Assembly: GCA_002189035.1 (NCBI GenBank)
Contig: NEEC01000030.1
Span: 62,001 to 126,000 of the forward strand
DNA: 64,000 nucleotides
Direction of reading: 5' to 3'
Source of the DNA: Utricularia gibba
Taxonomy: Eukaryota > Plantae > Magnoliophyta
A program made the position numbers and the translations under genes. A model generated the notes under the pieces. The model did no database searches. It had not been told where the DNA came from and saw nothing but the letters and a program-made list of their open reading frames with translations. This document shows positions 24,201 through 34,711 of this stretch, piece by piece (position 1 is the first letter of the stretch; each line of letters begins with the position of its first letter).

Positions 24201-26326
24201 TTGGCTCCAATCATCAAGATCTCCATTTCCTGTCAATATTCCTCCACTGACCTTGAGCCTTGTTTGAGATTCTGTAAACGTTGATAAACATCTCTTTGGT
24301 AGTGGTTTGGAACTAATCGCCTCCTCATGACTCTTTTCATCTCAGCCCAATTATGAATTGGTTCTTCAGAGTCAATCCTTCTTTTAGCAACCAATTGATC
24401 CCACCAAATTACAACATAGTCACTAAATTCCATGGAGTCCAATCTGATTTTCTTTTCTTCAGAGAAGTTGTTGCAATCAAACACATGTTCTACTCTTGTT
24501 TCCAATTGGAGATATGCATCTGGATCATTCTTTCCTTGAAATTGAGGTATCTTCATCTTGATGTTGTTAAGATCCTTTCCAATTCTTCCTCTATCTCTTC
24601 TGCCTCCCTGATCTCGAAATCTTCTTGTATCACCATGTACAAAATCATTTTCACCATGTTCAAGGTAGTCATCTTCTTCATCAGTATTCAGGATTCGATC
24701 TCTTCTTCCAACAGTCCTTGCACTTCGTTGATCACTTAAGTCATGTTCAGTGTTGATGCGTTGATGCATTTGAATGCCTCGACCCTCTCAGCAGCATAAT
24801 TATCTTGCATTCGGGCTCTTGCAACATTTTGCAAAGAGTTTTCGTGTTCATCAAGCCTGACATTTATGTTTTCCAGAATGCGATGAAATCTTGTGAATTC
24901 CTGTTGCATGCTCATTTCTGGAATTTGACATCCTAAATACAAGACAAAAGAAAACGAGCAGCAAGGAAGAAAAGAGACTAAACTAAATGAACTACGAAAC
25001 ACACACAAGGTTTATCACTCATCCTCAAGCTTCAAGTCCTTGATGCACTCTTTAATGTCATCATGCTTGTTCTCATGGCATCTAACGAACTAATCACTTC
25101 CAAATTGGTATGGGTTAAGGTGTCATGATGGGGTTTGGTGAGGGTGGCAGTGTTAACTGACTCACGATACAGAGGAGTAGTGTGATGGATCTAAGTTTAT
25201 TGCTTGTTGCAGTGCATAAACCAGAAGAATGGACAATGAACAAATGAGAATAGGAAAATCAGGTGGAAGGGCACTAAACGCGAGGTTCGTTACTTGTGGG
25301 ATTGTAGAAAAAGAGGGATGGGCAATAAAGAAAGAGAAAAGTCCAATGAGATGTAGGGACAAGTAAAATGAGAAGGAGTGGGTTATTCAAATAAAAGAGA
25401 ATAGGAAATATATTAATTGTTGCAATGGGTGAAGTACAGGAGTGGACAATAATTCAATGGCAAGTGATGTGTCTTCAGCTTCATCCTCCTTCTCTTTCAC
25501 ACACTTGAAGTTGATCTTGATGATGTTCTTTCTAATCAATTCAAAGTGGATTTCGAGCTCTTCCAGAATAAACTTCCAGTGCACCCTTTTTTTTTCTCTT
25601 TTTTTTTTTTGTGCCAAAGCCAAAAGTACGAAGTTGAACGTGGCTTAATCTCTCCTTTTTTTTTCCAGTAAGCTGGAATGTAAGAACTAAGACAAGAACA
25701 GGATACTAATAAAGAGAAGGAACCCAAAGCTCTGATACCAAATGATGTGACCCTCTAATCTATAGAGATTAGCAACCCATGAACAAGAGGTGATTTTGAA
25801 GCTTAGAAGAGAATTCTTCCAAGTCTACCCTCAAGAGAATGAATCTCTTGCAACCAGACTTTGAAACAAAGAAAATTAGGAGCCACATTTCAGAAAAGAG
25901 AAGGGATTGGAAGTGATAATCTTAGGACGCCACAAGCTCAAAGCTTGAAAAGTCAAGAGTGTACAAGCACTCAAAGAAGAGGAGAATCCTCACAACATAC
26001 ATGAAAATGATTAAAAGTCCTTAAAGAGTACAATTTTAGACTATTTATACTCTAGGATTGGGCTCTAACATTACTTGGGCCAAACAACAAGCCCAATACT
26101 TTAAGATAAATTCATCTTCAAGTAGTTGACCTCTTTTGATGGGATGTCTTCAAGCCCATGTTTGATTCCAATTGTATTGAGTAGACCCTTAAGTGTATCT
26201 TCAAGAATCTTGCTCTTGCTCCTAGTCATTGGTCCCGTTGGAATCATCTTTGTCTCTAATGTATTCACTTGGACAAACCCCTCATCATTCTTTAAATACA
26301 CTTCATTATTTTCTTGGGGCTCATCA
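21223..26326 (-). mobile_element. CRM family B element, 3'-truncated: 5' LTR 25743-26326, PBS-Met, gag, PR, RT, RH, partial INT
   Basis: PBS TGGTATCAGAGC at 25729-25740. The LTR encodes the CR-type motif GPMTRSKSK. gag [48 protein letters not shown]. Joined tail-to-tail to the CRM-A 3' LTR. Confidence 0.9.
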
Positions 26327-27082
26327 TGATTCCCTCATTTTCACAGAACATTCTCATGCTATTATTGTAGAATTCACTTCCATTGTCAAATCTAATCATC
26401 TTTAAGGAGCATCCACCCTTATTGTCAATCATCACTTTGAATTTTCGAAAGATATGAGGATTTTCTAGCTTGCTTTTAAGAAAGTAAACCTAACAATAAC
26501 GTGAATATTCATCAATAAATGTTACAAAATATCTACTCCCCCGTAACGAACATTCCTTAAATGGTCCACAAACATCTGTATGCACAAGCTCTAATTTCTC
26601 CTTTGCAACTGAATCACGAGAATAAAATGGTTTTCTACATTGTTTACCTTGATGGCACACTTCACATATGACATCGGCAAACTTGATGTCTTTCAATTCC
26701 AGTACTTCATTATTCTTCTGCAATATTTTAAGATTGTTAAAGCTATAGTACCCAAAATGTTCTGCTTTGATCCTAAAGTGACAAAATACAAGTTTTATGA
26801 TCACTGACCATGATTTGGTAGAAGTTGTAGGTGGTCAACATAGCATGAAATTCAATCTTCGTTTTTTGATCAGCAATATTAACTTTAGTGGTTATACCAC
26901 AAGCATCCTTCATCAGCTTAATATCAAAACCTTGCTTGCTCAATTGGCCAAAGCTCAACAGGTTCTATTTGAGGTTTGGTGAATAATAAACATCATCAAT
27001 TTGAACAATTCCTTCTTTTAGCAAGAGTAAAATGCTTCCTTTGCCCCACAATGCCAATATTTTGACCAGTGCACGTGCTTAC
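26327..27082 (-). mobile_element. Decayed fragment of the resident copia (pre-integrase/integrase), interrupted by CRM-B
   Basis: Diverged copy of about 30010-30780 (KLELVHTDVCGPFKECS). Joined to a CRM patch through the microhomology TTACC. Confidence 0.85.
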
Positions 27083-27148
27083 CAAACAAGTGCTTGTGAC
27101 GTTTTCCATAGGGAGATATGAAGATGAAGTCCTTTGTGATGTTTTCCC
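27078..27148 (+). mobile_element. 70-bp CRM-B protease patch (VTKQVLVTFSIGRYEDEV)
   Basis: Third diverged version of the sequence at about 32481-32550 and (reverse) 23438-23506. Confidence 0.8.
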
Positions 27149-27473
27149 TGTTGTTGCAAGAAAAATAGAGTCTTGGGAAGTAACAAAAAGGTAATGCTTA
27201 TGAGATCACCTTGGATGAAAAACGACTCATGAACAATAAGAATGACCGAAAACCTAATTGACACGCATTCCTAGTAGGGTTTATATATACCCAATACCTA
27301 GGTTACCCAACAGTGGGCCACAATCATTGAAAACACACAAAAAGCCCAACAACTCGAATCCAACACTTCCATGCTCGAACCCAACACCTTTTTTTATCTG
27401 AAATATGACATTATGACACAAGTTTAGTTCTTCCAATCACCTTCAAGCTTTGGATTGAGGCTGATCTCCAACA
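27149..27473 (-). repeat. Copia 3' LTR (325 bp)
   Basis: Direct repeat of 32133-32457; no differences found by eye. Confidence 0.95.
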
Positions 27474-30400
27474 CTCCCCCCAGACCGAGATCTCCCAACT
27501 TGAGAAAGTCTTCCATAGTCATGAGATTCATGTTCTTCCTTGCTAGCTCAAACTGAACTCTGTTCAAACCTTTGGTGAGCCCATCAGCAAGCTGATTCCC
27601 ACTCTCAACATACTGCACTTTAATCTTCTTCTCCTTGATGTAATTCCTTATGACATGATACCTGATTCTTATGTGTTTGGCTTTGCTGAAGTTCGTCGGA
27701 TCCTTGGCAATGGAGATTGCAGCTCGATTATCCATAAGCAGATGTGTAGCTTCCTGTTGTATGAATCCAAGTTCGTTTAGCATCTGCCTGAACCAAACAC
27801 AATAGTTCGAAGCATGTGCTGCTGAGATGTATTCTGCTTCAGCTGTTGATTGTGCTACCACTTTTTATTTCTTCGAAAACCAGACTACAGGGCTCTTATT
27901 TAAGAAGAAGAGTGCACCAGATGTACTCTTGCTATCTTCAGCCATACCATAATCACTATCTGAGTAGGCTCTAAGTTTCAAGACTGGTTTTTCACCTTCA
28001 TAGGGATAGAACAATCCGAAATCAGTAGATGATTTTATGTACCTGAAAGCTCTTTTCACAGCTGCCATGTGAGTTGTTGTTGGTTTGTTGAGGAAGCGAG
28101 ATAAGACATTTACACAAAAACACAAGTCAGGCCTTGTATGCTGGAGATAAATGAGGCTTCCAATCATACTTCTATAAGTAGTGGCATCCACATTACTTCC
28201 CTGATTGTTCTCTCCAATCACTTGTTTGTAATCCAAAGGCGTTTTTGAAGGATTGACATCTTTGAACCCAAACCTTTCAAGAAGTTCATTACAGTACTTT
28301 TTCTGAGATATGAATGTTCCAACACCTTCAAGTTGATGAATTTCCATGCCTAGATAGTAGGACATCATTCCAAGGTCAATCATCTTGAATTCATTTTTGA
28401 GCAGAGCTTTGAATTCCTCAATCTTCCTTTCATTACCTGAGGTAATCATAAGATCATCCACATATAAGCTAATAAATAAACGATCATCTTCTTTTCCTTT
28501 AACATATAGTGAGTAATCACTATATGTTTTTCTGAAACCAATACCCTGAAGAAAGTTATCCATGCGTTCATTCCATGCTCTAAGAGCTTGCTTCAACCCA
28601 TAGAGAGATTTCTTTAGCTTCAATACCTTGTCTTCATGACCTGAAACTTCGAAGCCCTTTGGTTGTTCAACAAAAACAACCTCCTCCAACACACCATTCA
28701 AGAACGCAGTCTTAACATCCATGTGATGCACTTTCCATCCATGAGCAGCTGAAATGGCAAGAAGTACTTTAATCGTGTCAAATCTTGCTACTGGTGCAAA
28801 AATCTCATGAAAATTTATTCCTTTGATCTGACTATATCCCTTGGCTACTAATCTAGCCTTATATTTGTTGATAGAACCATCTGCATTCATCTTGGTTTTG
28901 AATAACCACTTGAGGCCAATAGGTTTGAAACTTCTATCCTTGGGTTTATCAACTAACTCCCACGTTTCATTTTCAAGTATAGAATTCATTTCTTCCTTCA
29001 TGGCCTCTCTCCATTTCGGATTTTGTACAGCCACTTCAAATGATGTTGGATCTCCTGTCAATAATCCAGCCAAAATATCAGCTACAGCATCTTGGACATC
29101 ATCATTCAACTTGGAGAAACTTATTGTAGGAGCCTTGTTTCTTTTGCTTCGTCTAATGTCAGTAACATGACTATCTTCATTATCTATTGAATCTCTGATG
29201 TTTTTGCATTTTCTCATTTGCCAATCACGATCAGATGGGTAATAATCTTCATCATCAGTATCAGGTTCCTCTCCATTAGATTCATCTGTTGATGAGTCTT
29301 CTGCATTCGTGCCTTGCTCCTCTTCCTGGATTTCGAAATTCCCATCTGAATGTAGATCATTGGCCTTCTCCTCCTCTGGAGCTGGAAAATTCTCATCTGA
29401 ATGCTGATCATTTACTTGATTTGAATCTTCATGAACGAGTTCTGAAGTTTCTTGGTTTGTTGAATTCCTGGAAGAGAAGTTTTGAGGCATGTGTGTCCAG
29501 AGGTCTCCTTTCCCATGGGTGCTATGCCTTCCATCACTTTTATGAGCTTCTGCATCATTCAGAGAAATGCAATCATCAATTAAAGTATACCTTGCACCTT
29601 CATCAAAAGTGATATCATGGCTGAAGATAAATTTCTTCTGTTGAGATAAATAAACTTTATATCCCTTGATAGTGTTGCTATAACCAACAAATACACCAGA
29701 TACAGATTTCTTATCAAGTTTTCCTCGTTTTTGGTCTGGTACATGAGTAAAACACAGACTACCAAAGATTATGAGATGATCAACCTTTTTAATATAACCA
29801 TGCCATTTTTCATGCGCGGTTTTTCCACTAATCGCCCTTGAGGGAAGCAAGTTCAATAGATATACAGATGTAGATACCGCTTCAGCCCAGAAATTTACAG
29901 GAAGATCTTTCTCAAACAATAGACATCTTGACATATCAAGGATTGTTCTGTTTCTCCTTTCACATACACCATTCTGTTGTGGAGAATATGGTACGGTGAA
30001 TTGATGCATGTTTCCCTCATTTTCACAGAACATTCTCATGCTATTATTGTAGAATTCGCCTCCATTGTCTGATCTAATCATCTTCAAAGAGCATCCATTC
30101 TGATTCTCAATCATCACTTTGAATTTTCGAAAGATATGATGAACTTCTGACTTGCTTATAAGAAAGTAAACCCAACAATAACGTGAATAATCATCAATGA
30201 ATGTAACAAAATATCTACTCCCCCCTAATGAACATTCCTTAAATGGTCCACAAACATCTGTATGCACAAGCTCTAATTTCTCCTTTGCTACTGAATCACT
30301 GGAATAAAAGGGCTTTCTACACTGTTTACCTTGATGGCACACTTCACATATGGCATTAGCAAACTTGATGTCTTTCAATTCCAGTACTTCCTTATTCTTC

Positions 30401-32013
30401 TGCAATATTTTCAAATTGTTGAAGCTATAGTGCCCAAAACGTTTGTGCCAAAGGCTGCTTTGATCCTGAAGTGAGAAAATACAACTTTTATGATCACTGA
30501 CCATGATTTGGTAGAGGTTGTAGGTGGTCAACACAGCATGGAATTCAATCTTCGTTTTTGGATCAGCAACCTTAACTTTAGTGGTTACACCACCAGCATA
30601 CTTCATCAGCTCAATGTCAAAACCTTGCCTGCTCAATTGGCCAAAGCTCAACAGGTTCTGTTTGAGGTTTGGTGAATAATAAATATCATCAACTTGAACA
30701 ATTCCTTCTTTTAGCAAGAGTAAAATGCTTCCTTTGCCCACAATGCCAATATTTTCACCAGTGCACGTGCTTACCTCCTTCCCAATCCTTTCAAGCTTGA
30801 GAAATGACCTTGTATCACAACATACATGATAGGAGGCACCAGAGTCCAAGTACCAACCTTTAGCATCTGAGGCTACTGTCATTAGAGCACACTCATACTC
30901 AAAAGGATCTTCAAAAGATATTTCTGGCTCATCTTCAAAGTAGGTAAAGGATGCATGTGATTTCTCTTCCCTGGATGTAGCCTTCTTGTTATGTTCAACT
31001 TTTATTGGATTTGACATTCCACATACCTTGTCAAGATGGCCTCTTTGATTGCATTTCGTGCACAAAGCATCAGGCTTCCACCAACAAAACTCACTCCTGT
31101 GATTCTGTTTGTTGCAATGCTTGCAAGCATTTGTGCTTAAAGTCCAACAATCTTCACTCTTATGGTTGGATTTGTCACAATCCCTGCACTTCTGATTGCC
31201 CATCGTTGATGTTTGGATTGACGTTGGTGATTGTTTGATGGCTGTTGTCTTGACATCCTTGACATTGTTAATTGCACCTGAGGTTATATTCATATTCTGC
31301 ATTTTGGTGAGGAGAGCAGCTTCACCATAAGTTTTCTCAACTTCATAACCATCTCTTAGTTCCAATCTCTTTTCTGTAGATTGCAACTCAATCATGAACT
31401 CTCTAAATGTTGGCTCTGGTGTAACAGGATATTCAGGATACAGCTGATGGAGCTTTCCTTCAATAATGTCAAGGATTTTTCTTTCTGTCTCAAGTGCACA
31501 TAACTTTGGCTCGAATCTTGCAGGTAGGCTCATGATTGCCTTGCTAATCACCTTTTGATCCTCAAGTTTTTCCCCCAATCCTCGAATCTCCTTCACAAGC
31601 TTCGCAGTACGTTCATAATAGACTCGTATGGTTTCATTGTCTAACATTTTGTTCCTCTCAAAGTCCTCCAGCTTGTTTTTGCATAATATCTCCCTGAGTT
31701 TGGCATCGCCTTCATAATGGGATTTGAGAGTATCCCATATTTCTTTTGCTGATTGACACTCTGCAATATCATCAAATAGATGTTCAGAGATGGCTTGATA
31801 CAAGGCATCCATTGCTTCATCTTTTCTCTGTTGAAGATACTCAGCTTCCTCTTGCTATTCTGATGTGGATTTGCTTGTTATTGTAATAGCCGGAATCTCC
31901 CTTTCAACAACATCCCAAATCTTTCTGACTCGAAGGTAGCTGCGCATCTTTTTGACCCAGCTTCCATACTCTGAACCATCAAATATTGGAGGTCCTCTAC
32001 CAGATGCCATCAT
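27424..32013 (-). pseudogene. Copia gag-pol polyprotein with two in-frame nonsense codons
   Basis: A single frame runs from ATG 32013 (MMASGRGPPIFDGSEY) through WYLDSGAS, HTDVCGP, KARLVAKGY, LYVDDLMI, YSDSDYG and STAEAEYI. Stops: TAG at 31855-31857 and TAA at 27862-27864. Confidence 0.92.
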
Positions 32014-32132
32014 AGCCACCGCTTGACAAGCTTTGGGTTGATACTTGGTAATCTACCAAGTAAAAAAACGCTGAACGGTATATAAAATACTGAAACGAAC
32101 ACAGGTTTGAGAACCTTACTGCTATGATACCA

Positions 32133-32457
32133 TGTTGTTGCAAGAAAAATAGAGTCTTGGGAAGTAACAAAAAGGTAATGCTTATGAGATCACCTTGGAT
32201 GAAAAACGACTCATGAACAATAAGAATGACCGAAAACCTAATTGACACGCATTCCTAGTAGGGTTTATATATACCCAATACCTAGGTTACCCAACAGTGG
32301 GCCACAATCATTGAAAACACACAAAAAGCCCAACAACTCGAATCCAACACTTCCATGCTCGAACCCAACACCTTTTTTTATCTGAAATATGACATTATGA
32401 CACAAGTTTAGTTCTTCCAATCACCTTCAAGCTTTGGATTGAGGCTGATCTCCAACA
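32133..32457 (-). repeat. Copia 5' LTR (325 bp)
   Basis: Direct repeat of 27149-27473, followed on the minus strand by the PBS. Confidence 0.95.
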
Positions 32458-34711
32458 CAATGAAAGAAGTGAGGTAAAGGTTACCAAACAAGTGCTTGTG
32501 ACGTTTTCCATAGAGAGATATGAAGATAAAGTTCTATGTGATGTTGTCCCTATACATGCAAGTCATATTCTTATTGGGAGGCCTTGAGAATATGATAGAA
32601 CAGCATTTCATGATGGTTTCAAGAACAAGTATTCCTTGCATTATAATAGACGTTCCATCACACTTGCCCCATTGTCTCCAAAGGAGGCATATGAAGATCA
32701 ACTCATAATCATGAGTGATGCTAGATCCCTGCAGAGTGCTAATGGAAAGCACAAGGGGGAAGAGATGAGTGGAGTGAAAATGAGTGAAAAAAAAATTCGA
32801 AAAAGTGGAGATAAAAGAAGAGATGGGAAGGAATTGAGTGAAAAAAGGGATGACAATGAGTGCAAAACAGAAAGTGGAAACATTAGTGTTTTAGAAATTG
32901 AGTGATTGGATGAGAGTCTATTAGCAAGACCAAGGGAAATTGGACACTCACTTCATTCTAGGCAACCAATTCTTCTACTTATGTACAAGGATGAAGTTAC
33001 TACTTTCCCTAACAATGCTTCACCCATTCCATCTTGTATTGTGTCTCTCTTACAGGTATATGAAGATGTATTTCAAGAAGAACTTCCATTGACCACACGA
33101 CCCGCATACCGAACCAATCCAAAGGAGACGAAGGAAATACAAAAGCAAGTTGAGGAATTGATGTCTAAAGGATTTGTGCGTGAGAGCATGAGCCCATGCT
33201 CTATGCCGGTGTTATTGGTTCCCAAGTTTGATGGAACTTGGCGGATGTGCACAGATTGTCGTGCCATCAACAACATCACAATCAAGTATAGACATCCTAT
33301 CCCTAGACTTGAAGATATGCTTGATGAATTGTATGGTGCTAGTGTCTTTAGTTAGATTGATTTGAGAATTAGATATCATCAGATTCGAATGAAGGAGGGT
33401 GATGAGAGGAAAACCGGTTTTAAAACTAAGTTTGGTTTGTATGAGTGGGTTGTTATGCCTTTTGGATTAACTAATGCTCCTAGCACCTTTATGACATTGA
33501 TGAATCACGTTTTTAGGCCTTTTATAGGTACATTTGTAGTTGTTTATTTTTATTATATTCTTATATATAGTAAGAGTATTGAAAATCATGTAAGGCATTT
33601 AAAAGATGTGTTAGATACTCTTAAAAAAGAAAAGGTTATTTGCCAACATCAAGAAGTGTGTCTTCTACACAAATAGTGTCTCTTTTCTTAGATATATTGT
33701 AAGTGATGCAGGAGTAGCTATGTATGAAGAAAAAGTGAGAGCAATCAAAGAATGGCCAACACCTACATCAGTTGGTGAAGTTAGGAGTTTTCATGGTTTA
33801 GCAAGTTTTTATAGATGGTTTTTTAAGTACTTCAGCTCTATAGCAGCACCCCTCACTCAATTGATCAAGAAAAATCATGCATTTCATTGGGGAGACGAGC
33901 AGGAACATGCTTTCAACACCTCTCCTAGCACTTCCAAATTTTTCTGATACTTTTGAAATTGAATGTGATGCATCAGGTTTAGTCATTGGTGCTGTATTGA
34001 GGCAAAATGGACGTCCACTTCCTTATTTTTGTGAGAAGCTTCATGGTGCCACCCTCAACTATCCAACATATGACAAAGAGTTGTATGCATTGGTTAGAGC
34101 TTTGAAGACATGGCACCACTACTTGTGGCGTAAGGAGTTCGTGATACACACTGATCATGAGTCTCTCAAACATTTGAAGGCTCAAGGAAAGTTAAATAGA
34201 AGACATGCTAAGTGGGTGGAATTCATTGACACATTCCCATATGTGATCAAATACAAGAAATGTAAGGAGAATGTGGTTGATGATGCTTTATTTTGAAGGT
34301 ACACTCTTTTAGTCAATCTTAATGCAAGAATTCTTGGATTTGCGTCCATCATTGACTTATATGCTCCTGATCACGATTTTGGGGACATTTATAAGGCATG
34401 TGAACTTGATCCATCTGGACTCTTCTTTAAGAAAGATTGTTTTCTTTATAGGAAAGATAGGCTGCGCATTTCTTCTTACTCCATACGTGATTTGATTGTT
34501 AGAGAAGCTCATGGTGGGCGACTAATGGGACATTTTGGTGTTAAAAAGACTCTTGATACTCTCACCCAACATTTCTTTTGGCCACACATGAGAAGGGATG
34601 TTGAAAGAATTTGTAATAGATGTATTTCTTGTAGGAAGGCTAAATCAACCACTGCCCGTAATACTCCACTCCCTACTCCTTCCCAACCATGGGTGGATAT
34701 TTCTATCATAA
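32458..34711 (+). mobile_element. CRM family B pol fragment (PR end, RT, RH, partial INT); inverted counterpart of 21223-23507
   Basis: Mirror ORFs 33362-33676, 33877-34296 and 34492-34743. It begins at NERSEVKVTKQ directly after the copia LTR. Confidence 0.9.

Larger units (their letters stand above)
27149..32457 (-). mobile_element. Full-length Ty1/copia retrotransposon (5.3 kb), identical 325-bp LTRs, no TSD
   Basis: LTRs at 27149-27473 and 32133-32457 (TG...CA). PBS TGGTATCATAGC at 32121-32132. PPT GGGGGGAG next to 27473. Domain order gag-PR-INT-RT-RH. Flanks are TTCCC and CAATG. Confidence 0.96.

Noticed and set aside
29280-29410. Acidic imperfect repeats in the copia INT-RT linker (longer version at 9600-9830)
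   Set aside because: A variable low-complexity linker is ordinary for copia polyproteins.
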